From positions 19,288 through 83,287 of the IMG/VR virus record IMGVR_UViG_3300004369_000006: a stretch of 64,000 bases of DNA; one strand, given 5' to 3'. Position 1 is the first letter of the stretch; every line of letters starts with the position of its first letter. A program made the translations under genes and the position numbers. The notes beneath the pieces were generated by a model, which was given only the letters and a program-made list of their open reading frames with translations, was not told the DNA's origin and made no database searches. The stretch is from a virus. Shown here piece by piece: positions 47,953 through 56,559 of this stretch.

Positions 47953-49053
47953 ATGGGTAATCATCCTTTACTTATTGACACTACTGGAAGTGCCCAAGAT
48001 CTTTGGGCAACTATTAATTCTGATTCAGGTACAACTACTGCTAATAGTCCTACAGATATTCTTACAATTTCAGGAGCAGGTTCTGTTAGTACATCTATTA
48101 CAGGAGATACCTTAACTATTACAGGTATAAATACTACATACTCTGCAGGTACAGGATTGGATTTAGTAGGTACAGTATTTAGCCATACAGATACTTCTTC
48201 AGTAGCAGATGTTGGACCATTGACAACATGGGATGTAATTGACGAAATTACCTTTGATACTTATGGTCACGTACTTACAGTAGGTACTCGCAGTTTATAT
48301 ACTGCAACCTTAGATATTGGATTTGGTTTATCTTCTGATTTAAATACTGCAGGTGTATTAGATATCTATAATACAGAGACTTTAAACATCAATGCAGGTA
48401 ATGATATTAATACAGGTACTGCTCCATCTTTACGTACAGAAACTACTACAGCTACTCCTGATACTTTACAAGTATATCACTTGGCTAATTTGCCTGGTGC
48501 TGATCTTACAAGCAGTACAGGATATGTTTGGGACATTGATATTGAGCATGGTCACGTAGTAAACCTAAATACAGGTAGTCAACCTATTGCTAAGTTTACT
48601 GATACACTGTTTCAGTTTGTAAACAGTGTTGATAATAGTAAAATAGTTGACTTTGATTTAACCAGTCTTACTACAGGAACTACACGTACTGTTACATTTC
48701 CTAACCAAGACTTAAATATCCAAACAGATATCTTAGATAAAATTGATTTATCTATTCAGAATCTTACTACGAATAGTAAAATATTAGCATTATCAGATAT
48801 AAATAATTATATCCGTTTATCTGACCCTACTAGTGTAACAGTAGAGATACCTCCTGTATCCAGTGTTGCTTTTCCTGTAGGTAGTCAGATTATTCTAGTA
48901 CAAAGTGGTGTAGGTCCTATTGAAGTAGTTGCAGGTTCAGGTGTTACTATAACAAGTCCTGATGGATTACTAGCTACACGTACACAATATTCTGCTATAG
49001 TACTTATTCATTATGCCACAGACAATTGGGAATTAGGAGGTGATTTAGCATGA
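47953..49053 (+). CDS. Tail fibre protein 3
   Basis: Shares the GSAQDLWATI.SDSG and YSAGTGLDL modules, FDTYGHV; C-terminal FPVGSQIILVQSGVG...TQYSAIVL...W.LGGDLA domain. Confidence 0.8.
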   Translation: MGNHPLLIDTTGSAQDLWATINSDSGTTTANSPTDILTISGAGSVSTSITGDTLTITGINTTYSAGTGLDLVGTVFSHTDTSSVADVGPLTTWDVIDEITFDTYGHVLTVGTRSLYTATLDIGFGLSSDLNTAGVLDIYNTETLNINAGNDINTGTAPSLRTETTTATPDTLQVYHLANLPGADLTSSTGYVWDIDIEHGHVVNLNTGSQPIAKFTDTLFQFVNSVDNSKIVDFDLTSLTTGTTRTVTFPNQDLNIQTDILDKIDLSIQNLTTNSKILALSDINNYIRLSDPTSVTVEIPPVSSVAFPVGSQIILVQSGVGPIEVVAGSGVTITSPDGLLATRTQYSAIVLIHYATDNWELGGDLA

Positions 49054-49820
49054 TAAAACTAGCAGTCATAGGAGTATTAAGTAAAGGAGTTGTAACTCAA
49101 GTTCCAACTCTTATTACATCGAATCTTGTATTGCATTACAATTTTGAGGATCCATCTTCGTATTCAGGCTCAGGCACTACAATAAATGACCTAAGTACAT
49201 CATCTTATTCTGCCACCGCTCTTAATGGGGTATTGTTTAACAGTACAACACCGAAGTCTTTTGACTTTGATGGGGTAGATGATATTTTAGAATTACAAGC
49301 CAGCGTTCCTAATATTAGACCAAACACAACTGCGTTCAATGCTAATGGATTTAGTATTTCTGCTTGGGTGCAATTTGACAAATATGGCTTCCAAGGCGTT
49401 TTTTGTACAGACGGGGCTAATTATTTACCGAATTATTATGGTTCTGAGTTATTTATGAATGGAAGCGGATATTTAGGAATGGCAATAAATAATGGCGGGG
49501 TCGCAGGCAGTTCATCTCGCAGAACACGCATATCTACTTTCCAACCAACACTTGGACAATGGTATTATGCTACTGCTAACTTTGACAACATAAACCCTTT
49601 GAATTGGAACATTTATGTTAATGGTAGCATTGTTAGTATGAACTCTCCATCAGGTTCTGCATCATCTATTGGATATAGTTCTACGGAGAGAGCCGCAGTA
49701 GGTACGCGTAGACAAAATGAGCTTGATGGAGAAGTGGCAATGGTTCATGTTTATGACAGAAAATTAACCTCTTCAGAAATACTGCAAAACTACAACGCAA
49801 CAAAATCTAATTTCCCATGA
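49050..49820 (+). CDS. LamG/concanavalin A-like lectin domain protein (receptor-binding candidate)
   Basis: LVLHYNF..PSSYSGSGTTINDLS, FDFDGVDD, FSISAWV, WYY, IYVNG, YDRKLTSSEILQNYNA. Confidence 0.88.
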   Translation: MIKLAVIGVLSKGVVTQVPTLITSNLVLHYNFEDPSSYSGSGTTINDLSTSSYSATALNGVLFNSTTPKSFDFDGVDDILELQASVPNIRPNTTAFNANGFSISAWVQFDKYGFQGVFCTDGANYLPNYYGSELFMNGSGYLGMAINNGGVAGSSSRRTRISTFQPTLGQWYYATANFDNINPLNWNIYVNGSIVSMNSPSGSASSIGYSSTERAAVGTRRQNELDGEVAMVHVYDRKLTSSEILQNYNATKSNFP

Positions 49821-50065
49821 TATCTCCTCGGACATACATTATCATAATGAGCGCAGACTTGCCTAAAGTAGACTTTAGTGAAGTGTTGCAAACAAGTGAA
49901 GAAACAGTGCGAAAAAGTATTGACGGAACAAAAACAGTGCTAAAGTATGAGGGGAGTATGCCAAGTTCTATTGTTAATTTATCATATAAAGAAGGGGCTT
50001 ATACTCACGAAGAAATTATGATTATTTTAGCAGGAGAGGAGTGGACAATAAATGAACCATATTAA
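49817..50065 (+). CDS. Small protein commonly paired with LamG fibre tips (possible chaperone)
   Basis: VDFSEVLQTSEETVRKSIDGTKTVLKYEG..P...YTHEEI..IL.GEEW; ATGA overlap with the LamG gene. Confidence 0.65.
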   Translation: MISPRTYIIIMSADLPKVDFSEVLQTSEETVRKSIDGTKTVLKYEGSMPSSIVNLSYKEGAYTHEEIMIILAGEEWTINEPY

Positions 50066-50103
50066 ATGCAATAGCGCAAGCGTGTCACAAGGCGAACAAA
50101 GCA
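50059..50103 (+). pseudogene. Start-less remnant resembling the N-terminus of phage RyR-domain proteins
   Basis: The frame reads ILNAIAQACHKANKA, similar to IAxxCHEANxA; in-frame TGA at 50053 and no start codon. Confidence 0.35.
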
Positions 50104-50161
50104 GGTAATTCGTATATAAAAGGTATGGCTAGCATGAATGAATACTATAATTTATATTAAT

Positions 50162-50169
50162 TAGTTTTG
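50162..50169 (+). promoter_or_regulatory. Bacteroidota sigma-A -7 element
   Basis: TAGTTTTG 15 nt upstream of the ATG at 50185. Confidence 0.5.
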
Positions 50170-50184
50170 TAATTTAGTAAAGTT

Positions 50185-50829
50185 ATGGACAAGAAAACTA
50201 TATTATTTACACCTACCTTATCACAACTTTTAGATAGGTATAAAGATAGATACGAATATCCTGATATGGATATTCCTGTGTCTACGACTTTATTAGAAAG
50301 ATTATTTAATGAGATCAACAGCTTGCAATCGCAAGTAAATGCATTAAAAGGAGGTTTAGTATCATGGGCTCGTTATGATGATACACAGTATACATCAGGA
50401 AGCCCATATACTTTAGTACAAGATGCTGAAACAGTTATTCCTAATAATGCAGGATTTAAGATAGAAACATATCTTGATTCTTCTGTGCCATATTATGATG
50501 CAGGACCCTTACGTACTTATGTAGAACAAGAGGGGGATACATATATGACCACTATAGCATTTAAGATGAAAGCAGCAAATGCTAATCAAACTTATATAGA
50601 GGTCTTTTTAGCCTCTTCAGGACCTACTCCATACCGAAGACTTACTCAAACATTTACTTTTCCTAAAGGTAATGATGTAGAGCATGCAGAGCACACAGTA
50701 TTCCAATACTATGGAGATACTGACTTTGTAAATAATGGAGCACAATGGAGTGCAGTAGCAAGGGGAGGTGATGCAGTAATTTATGATGTTATATTCTTTA
50801 CCCAAAGAATACAAAAATATATACCATGA
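50185..50829 (+). CDS. Putative structural fibre/spike protein (coiled coil plus beta sandwich)
   Basis: Short coiled coil, then WARYDDTQYT...IPNNAG...FPKG beta domain. Confidence 0.55.
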   Translation: MDKKTILFTPTLSQLLDRYKDRYEYPDMDIPVSTTLLERLFNEINSLQSQVNALKGGLVSWARYDDTQYTSGSPYTLVQDAETVIPNNAGFKIETYLDSSVPYYDAGPLRTYVEQEGDTYMTTIAFKMKAANANQTYIEVFLASSGPTPYRRLTQTFTFPKGNDVEHAEHTVFQYYGDTDFVNNGAQWSAVARGGDAVIYDVIFFTQRIQKYIP

Positions 50830-52244
50830 GTTTAGGTTTAGGATTATATTTAAATATTGGAAGCATTGCAGCAGCAGTACAGTCTGGTTTGTTAGATACC
50901 TACACGGGTGCAGTAGCGGGTTATTCTTTGCGCAAGATATCCTCAACGGCTACTAATTCATTACGAGTACGGCGTTCTTCAGACAATGCAGAAACCGATA
51001 TAGGATTTGCAGAAGATGGCAATTTAGATAATGCTGCATTGCTTGCATTTGTAGGAACTGGAGGGACTGATAACGGATATGTAACAACGTGGTATGACCA
51101 ATCAGGAAACTCAAGGAACGCTACACAAACTTCTGCAACGGCTCAGCCACAAATCGTAAGCGCAGGGAACATCATTACTGTTAATGGCTATCAGGTTATT
51201 AAGTATGACGGAAGTAATGATACTCTCAACGCTAATTTAGCAGGGACTGGGCGGGATATGTTAATGGGCGGAAGCGATGGTAGTGCTTTCTACGGCTTTA
51301 GTAGTAGCGTAACTACTTATAGTACATTACCGAGTACAAACAACACAAAGCACCCATTGAACGAAAGCATTCGTGTTATATGGGGCAGGAGTTTAAGTGG
51401 GGCTGAAAAAACAGGCATTCAAACTGATGTAACTTACACGGATTGGGTTTGGTCAGATATTACGAACCTCGGTGGCTATTGGCATACCAGAAGTGAAATA
51501 ACAGACTTCCCATCGATTGATACAAGCAACGGAACAAACTTTACTTTAGCGTGGTACAATTGCACTAACATGACATCATTTCCTTTATTAGATGTTAGTA
51601 ACGGTACTTCTTTTCAACTTACATGGAATCTTTGCACATCACTAACCTCCTTCCCTTTATTAAATACAAGCAGTGGTACAAACTTTTTCATGGCATGGTA
51701 TCTTTGCACATCACTAACCTCCTTCCCTTTATTAGATACAAGCAGTGGTACAAACTTTTCTTACGCATGGGCGGATTGCCGTGCCTTAACATCATTCCCT
51801 GCATTAGATGTAAGCAATGGTACTAATTTTCAAAATGCATGGTTCAATTGCAATTCACTAACATCATTCCCTGCATTAGATGTTAGTAGCGGTACTACCT
51901 TTCAAAATGCATGGAGAGGTTGCTCATCACTAACCTCCTTCCCTGCATTAGATGTTAGTAACGGTACTACTTTTCAACTTGCATGGCGGAGTTGCATAGC
52001 ACTTCAACACTTCCCTGCCAATATGTTTGATAGCGTAACGGCTACGAATTTTGGACAGGCATTTACCAGCACCAACCTCACTCAAACATCAATAGACAAC
52101 ATTCTCACTTCCATAGACACTGCAAACACTTCTAACGGTACTTTTAACCAATCAGGAGGTTCAGCACCAAGTGCAGCAGGAGAAGCTGCGATAAACAATC
52201 TAAGAGCGCGAGGATGGACAGTAACAGTAACTGGAGGATATTAA
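50826..52244 (+). CDS. BspA/DUF285-like leucine-rich repeat surface protein with phage N-terminal anchor
   Basis: GYSLRK...RVRRSSDNAETDIGF...WYDQSGN; about 7 repeats of 24 aa (FP.LDVS.GT.F..AW..C.SLTS); L.ARGWTV cap. Confidence 0.85.
   Translation: MSLGLGLYLNIGSIAAAVQSGLLDTYTGAVAGYSLRKISSTATNSLRVRRSSDNAETDIGFAEDGNLDNAALLAFVGTGGTDNGYVTTWYDQSGNSRNATQTSATAQPQIVSAGNIITVNGYQVIKYDGSNDTLNANLAGTGRDMLMGGSDGSAFYGFSSSVTTYSTLPSTNNTKHPLNESIRVIWGRSLSGAEKTGIQTDVTYTDWVWSDITNLGGYWHTRSEITDFPSIDTSNGTNFTLAWYNCTNMTSFPLLDVSNGTSFQLTWNLCTSLTSFPLLNTSSGTNFFMAWYLCTSLTSFPLLDTSSGTNFSYAWADCRALTSFPALDVSNGTNFQNAWFNCNSLTSFPALDVSSGTTFQNAWRGCSSLTSFPALDVSNGTTFQLAWRSCIALQHFPANMFDSVTATNFGQAFTSTNLTQTSIDNILTSIDTANTSNGTFNQSGGSAPSAAGEAAINNLRARGWTVTVTGGY
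51506..52015 (+). repeat. 72-bp tandem repeats encoding LRR units
   Basis: Recurrent TTCCCT(GCA/TTA)TTAGAT...GGTAC...GCATGG...TGC with 72-bp period. Confidence 0.9.
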
Positions 52245-52274
52245 TAAACACAACAAACAATAAAAGACCAGCAT

Positions 52275-52529
52275 ATGAAATCGGATAATGGGTTTTTAAT
52301 TGGAACAGAGGCACAATGTATTGCTTATGATAGTACAGTAACCGCAGGAGAAGGGTACACTGGTACTACTATTCGTTGGGCAGAGCCATATAAACACCCA
52401 GTAGAAGATAAGTGGGCTATTGTAAAGCACAAGAACTACGAAGAAGCTACTATGCAATATGTAGCAGAACTCGATAGCACTTGGACTCCTGATGATATAC
52501 AAATTCAAGATGCTGAAATTGTAGAATGA
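52275..52529 (+). CDS. Hypothetical protein (possible fibre chaperone)
   Basis: GTEAQCIAYDSTVTAGEGY...WAEP.KHP; follows the LRR gene. Confidence 0.6.
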   Translation: MKSDNGFLIGTEAQCIAYDSTVTAGEGYTGTTIRWAEPYKHPVEDKWAIVKHKNYEEATMQYVAELDSTWTPDDIQIQDAEIVE

Positions 52530-52936
52530 AAGTAGTACACAAAGCAAATAGACATTGGGCTACTGTATGGACTAAAGTTCGTATGATAGCCCTTTTACTG
52601 TCTAAGAAAAGACATGATACCTACTACATTAAGTTTACAGATTCTTGTAAACAAAACACGGGAGAGTTTAGTAAAATACTAGGCACATCAAAAGGGTTTA
52701 ATCCTCGTAAAGGATCCTACAGATTAGCCTGGAGATACCGTAAAGACAGGGATATGTTTGAGCTTCGTAAAATGTATGAGGACAACAATGGAATTATATG
52801 GGAAAAACTTGGGTGCTTTTCTAGTATAGGTACTATTGCAATACCATTTGAAAAGAAATATTTTTGGAATATAAATACTCCATACTTCGGAGGGTACTGT
52901 GTACCAAATCAGGATATGGTGTATTACGTAAAATAA
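52526..52936 (+). CDS. Hypothetical protein
   Basis: SYRLAWRY...PYFGG; ATGA overlap. Confidence 0.55.
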   Translation: MKVVHKANRHWATVWTKVRMIALLLSKKRHDTYYIKFTDSCKQNTGEFSKILGTSKGFNPRKGSYRLAWRYRKDRDMFELRKMYEDNNGIIWEKLGCFSSIGTIAIPFEKKYFWNINTPYFGGYCVPNQDMVYYVK

Positions 52937-52942
52937 ATTACA

Positions 52943-53245
52943 ATGACTAAGTCAACAACACAAGAAAGTAATGTTTATCTCCGTAATATCCTCTATCAAT
53001 TAGAAGGTAATAAAGAGGTATTTATTGTAAATTCTGCTAATGCATTAGTTGCAGCAGATAAAGAATATTATGATGTACTACTAGTAGTAGAAGATGTTAC
53101 AGGGTTTACATGTGTAGAACTTGCTGAAGGAGGCGCAATGCCCGCAGCTCTTACCGCAGGTACTACAATCTATGGTCGCTTCACTGAAGTATCTGTTACA
53201 GGAGGCGTAATTCGTGCATATAAAAAAGCTAAAAAATATTTGTAA
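52943..53245 (+). CDS. Conserved small phage structural-type protein
   Basis: LTAGTTIYGRFTEVSVTGG.IRAY. Confidence 0.6.
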   Translation: MTKSTTQESNVYLRNILYQLEGNKEVFIVNSANALVAADKEYYDVLLVVEDVTGFTCVELAEGGAMPAALTAGTTIYGRFTEVSVTGGVIRAYKKAKKYL

Positions 53246-53550
53246 TGGAGAATTTTTGGGGTGAAATCCTAGTAGGATTTGTATTCATCTTTTTTACAGG
53301 ATTCGCTAAGGTGTTGTATGATAAATTCAATCGTCTTGAAAAAACCATAGACATTGAAACCAAAGAGTTACATACACGAGTAACTAACTTGGCTACTACA
53401 AGTACTGAAAACACACAGAAAATTATATTTCTAGAAAAAGAAATACAGTCGCATACAAATACGACTAATCGTATTTTTGAAATATTAGATGCTATTCAAG
53501 AAGCAACTGGTAATATTGAAAAGCTTTTAGCTAAAAATCAGATTCTGTGA
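53245..53550 (+). CDS. Holin-like single-TM coiled-coil protein
   Basis: N-terminal TM helix; directly upstream of the endolysin. Confidence 0.55.
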   Translation: MENFWGEILVGFVFIFFTGFAKVLYDKFNRLEKTIDIETKELHTRVTNLATTSTENTQKIIFLEKEIQSHTNTTNRIFEILDAIQEATGNIEKLLAKNQIL

Positions 53551-54023
53551 TATTCGGAAACTTCTTTGGTAGAGTAATGGTCTTAACAGGCCTTGCTAGT
53601 GTAAGTGCATATGCTTGGAAGAAAGTAGGTAAGCGAGTGCTTATTGCTGCAGGTATAGGTACTGCTACATACTTTAGTTCACAAGAGTTTGATTCTCCTG
53701 ATAAGCCTGGTAGCGGTGAGTTAATAGATCCTATACTGGTACAGAAGTTAGATAGTATGCGAGTAATCGTTGGGTTTCCTATCATCATTAATTCAGGAGT
53801 ACGCACCACAGAACATAACAAATTAGTAGGCGGAAAAAAGTATTCAGCACATACTGATCCTTGTTATTGTGCCGTAGATATTAAAGTAAAGAGTGGTACA
53901 CAAAGGGATAAGTTGATCCGAGCTGCTATGCAAGTAGGTATTACCCGTATAGGGATTGCAGAAACCTTTTTGCACATAGATATAGACTCTTCAAAGCCTC
54001 AACATGTTATCTGGACTTACTAA
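53547..54023 (+). CDS. Endolysin, peptidase M15 family
   Basis: YFSSQEFDSPD, INSGVRTTEHN..VGG...SAH....AVDI, RIGI...FLHIDID. Confidence 0.9.
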   Translation: MIFGNFFGRVMVLTGLASVSAYAWKKVGKRVLIAAGIGTATYFSSQEFDSPDKPGSGELIDPILVQKLDSMRVIVGFPIIINSGVRTTEHNKLVGGKKYSAHTDPCYCAVDIKVKSGTQRDKLIRAAMQVGITRIGIAETFLHIDIDSSKPQHVIWTY

Positions 54024-54432
54024 ACATAAATGGTTTGATGAGGTTGTTTTAATCCTAGTTATATTGCAACTAGGATTTATTGTTTATCTAAGATTTATAA
54101 AACCTGAAGAAGGTCAAGAGATATTGTACAAGTATTGGAAACTAGAACAGCAGTTAGACAAGACTAAGGCAGAGTTAAACGAAGTACAAAAACAATTACA
54201 AGATACTATTGCAGCATTTAATTACCGTGATAGTATTGCACAAATACAATTTGAATATGAATCTGACAGCATTTACAAGGTTCTTCTTAACATTCAAAAT
54301 AGCTTGTATTTTAATGCTGAGTTCGTCAATGAGTGGCTATGCGCAAAATACGGAGTTCAACATCCCGAGTTATGCGATACAGTTAATGATGTTGGACGTA
54401 GAGAGGTACGAGCTTTGCAGGATAGAGAATAG
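54004..54432 (+). CDS. Spanin-like inner-membrane coiled-coil protein
   Basis: N-terminal TM helix plus coiled coil, after the endolysin. Confidence 0.55.
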   Translation: MLSGLTKHKWFDEVVLILVILQLGFIVYLRFIKPEEGQEILYKYWKLEQQLDKTKAELNEVQKQLQDTIAAFNYRDSIAQIQFEYESDSIYKVLLNIQNSLYFNAEFVNEWLCAKYGVQHPELCDTVNDVGRREVRALQDRE

Positions 54433-54664
54433 TTATTTGAGGGAAAGGCTTATCCGCAGGGATACTTTAAACAGTATGCTTACGGAATATAATGGCATGT
54501 TAGAGAGATATAATAAAGAACTAACTGTTGCATATAGAGAAGCTACAGTAGATGTAGTAGACTTAAATAGGCAGAATATAGAGTTAGAAAATTATAAAAA
54601 TATACTTCTTGCAACCAATGCAGTAACTGCTGCTTTGGTTATATTATTTGTTTTTATTAAATAA
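54257..54664 (+). CDS. Overlapping spanin-like partner (signal peptide, coiled coil, C-terminal TM)
   Basis: Starts inside the previous gene in another frame; MNLTAF...SGYA-Q; ends LLATNAVTAALVILFVFIK. Confidence 0.5.
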   Translation: MNLTAFTRFFLTFKIACILMLSSSMSGYAQNTEFNIPSYAIQLMMLDVERYELCRIENSYLRERLIRRDTLNSMLTEYNGMLERYNKELTVAYREATVDVVDLNRQNIELENYKNILLATNAVTAALVILFVFIK

Positions 54665-54670
54665 GGCGAT

Positions 54671-54688
54671 TATATTTGTATAAATTTG
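54671..54688 (+). promoter_or_regulatory. Two adjacent TAnnTTTG elements
   Basis: TATATTTG (54671) and TAAATTTG (54681) upstream of the ATG at 54709. Confidence 0.5.
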
Positions 54689-54708
54689 AGAACTTTAAAT
54701 TAAAAACA

Positions 54709-54933
54709 ATGGCAGAAGTAAGCACAGAAGAACAAAAAGTTACAGAGGAACCCACTGTACTACCTTTTCATTTTACAATTGATGAGATTAACACGTTGTA
54801 TGTAGCAGCGTCCAATATGCCGTTCAAACAAGTGCATGCATTAATGGGTAACATTAAAGCACAATTTGATAAGCACATTGCTGATAATCCTGAACTTGTA
54901 AAAGAGCAAGAGGCAGCTAACGCTAGTGCATAA
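54709..54933 (+). CDS. Small monocistronic hypothetical protein
   Basis: FTIDEINTLY...MPFKQVHALM.NIKAQ; flanked by a promoter and a terminator. Confidence 0.65.
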   Translation: MAEVSTEEQKVTEEPTVLPFHFTIDEINTLYVAASNMPFKQVHALMGNIKAQFDKHIADNPELVKEQEAANASA

Positions 54934-54962
54934 TTATTGCCTAGAGTAAAACATTTAATTGG

Positions 54963-54998
54963 GAGTCCTACTGTATTTTATATATGGTAGGACTTTTT
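54963..54998 (+). terminator. Intrinsic terminator
   Basis: AGTCCTAC...GTAGGACT followed by TTTT. Confidence 0.75.
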
Positions 54999-55013
54999 AT
55001 ATAATAAACGAAT

Positions 55014-55745
55014 ATGACACTGACAGAAATAGTTTACGATATTCGAGAAAAGATTTCCGAAACTGTAGATGATAGCGACATCACTGATCGCTATATTATT
55101 TTTGAGTTTAATGCTCAGCGTGAGCTCATGCTAAAGAATGAGTTCAACAAAAATCATCGTGCTGTAGATATCCAGTATCAGCAAAGTTTTTGCGTAGATA
55201 TGGAAGTCGCTAGTGCAAGTGACTGTAACTGCGATGATTTGACTTGTGGTATTATGCGTACTGTAAAGCAGATGCCTATGTTTGTTAGACTGCATGGAGG
55301 TCCTTTGATTACTCGTGTAGGTCCCTATAACGATAGGAGTGCTTTGCCATTTAGTTATGTAGATTATAACCGTGCTATTAGATCAGGGTATGATCAGTTT
55401 ACCGAGGATACGGTATATGCTTTCTTATACACTGATGGACGCATTTATCTAAAGAGTGGTAATAAGCTAGTGAATGCTATTCAGAAATTGAATATTTCAG
55501 GGGTATTCGCTAATCCATTAGACGCTAACAACTACGATAATTGTAACATTACTAATGCAAATGATCCCTGTTTTGATCCTGTAAAGACACGTTATCCAAT
55601 TACAGGAGATTTGTATGTCTACATCCGTGAACAGGTTATTGAGCAATTATTACGTAAATTAGCTAAGGGAGAAGACTTGAAAAATGATTCAGCTTTAGCA
55701 ATGAATATGTCTATCCCTAAACGTCAAAGCAATTCAAATGAGTGA
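55014..55745 (+). CDS. Tail ring protein
   Basis: MTLTEIVYDI...DDSDITDRYI...R..L...SGVFANP...YPI. Confidence 0.75.
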   Translation: MTLTEIVYDIREKISETVDDSDITDRYIIFEFNAQRELMLKNEFNKNHRAVDIQYQQSFCVDMEVASASDCNCDDLTCGIMRTVKQMPMFVRLHGGPLITRVGPYNDRSALPFSYVDYNRAIRSGYDQFTEDTVYAFLYTDGRIYLKSGNKLVNAIQKLNISGVFANPLDANNYDNCNITNANDPCFDPVKTRYPITGDLYVYIREQVIEQLLRKLAKGEDLKNDSALAMNMSIPKRQSNSNE

Positions 55746-56280
55746 TACTACAAGACCTTTACACTTACAGCGCATCCCTATAGATATTAAGATGACGCAT
55801 TACTACGAGAGGTATAAGAAAGACTATGCTCATAGGTATCCTCAGTATGTATGCTCAAAGAAGTTCTATAGCAAGGTCTTTGGTAAGCTTATGGATACGG
55901 TAATAGAAATGCTTATCTACGAAAACAAAGGATTATATTTTCCTTTTATTAACGGAGATTTACGCATTTACAAACACAAGCCTGAACCTAAGTTTAGAAA
56001 GGATGGAGAGTTAATTAATAGACCTCCAGTAGATTATAAAAAAACTAAAGAGCTTTGGGAACGTAATCCTGAAGCTAAGGAACGTAAGCAAAAAGTATAT
56101 CATACCAATGAGCATACTAATGGTTACGTAATGAAGTGGCATTTTACCCGTGATAAAGTCCCTGCTAAGTACAAACTTTATTATCACTTCAAGATATCCC
56201 AAATGAATAAAGAACGCCTTACAAATGCGCTTATAAAGCATGGTAAGGATTTAAATTATTTTGAACGAATAAAATACTAA
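55738..56280 (+). CDS. crAss-type IHF-like protein
   Basis: FPFINGDLRIYK...VDYKKTKELW..NPEAKE.KQ.VYHTNEHTNGY. Confidence 0.75.
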   Translation: MSDTTRPLHLQRIPIDIKMTHYYERYKKDYAHRYPQYVCSKKFYSKVFGKLMDTVIEMLIYENKGLYFPFINGDLRIYKHKPEPKFRKDGELINRPPVDYKKTKELWERNPEAKERKQKVYHTNEHTNGYVMKWHFTRDKVPAKYKLYYHFKISQMNKERLTNALIKHGKDLNYFERIKY

Positions 56281-56283
56281 GTT

Positions 56284-56559
56284 ATGTACGGAATAGAACC
56301 CGAATACCGTAAGTCAGTGACTACTGGTAACAAAGAAAAAGAAGTATGTGTGTACAAAGCAGAGAACGGATACATCATTAAGATGATGGAACGTGAGTTG
56401 CCTAACATCTTTGATAATGACGATGAGCCTAAGGAGTACAAGATGCCTGAAATCAAATGGATGATTTCTCGTAACAATCCTATGGCAGGTATGGATTCAC
56501 AAGTCAAAGATGAAACTTCTAAGTTCTTGGATGAATTAGAATCTTCAATCTTACTATAA
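56284..56559 (+). CDS. Hypothetical protein
   Basis: VYKAENGYII; tightly packed between neighbours. Confidence 0.6.
   Translation: MYGIEPEYRKSVTTGNKEKEVCVYKAENGYIIKMMERELPNIFDNDDEPKEYKMPEIKWMISRNNPMAGMDSQVKDETSKFLDELESSILL

Noticed and set aside
50826-52244. Diversity-generating retroelement acting on the LRR or fibre genes
   Set aside because: No reverse transcriptase in the window, and no TR/VR pair differing only at adenines; the repeats are in-frame coding units.
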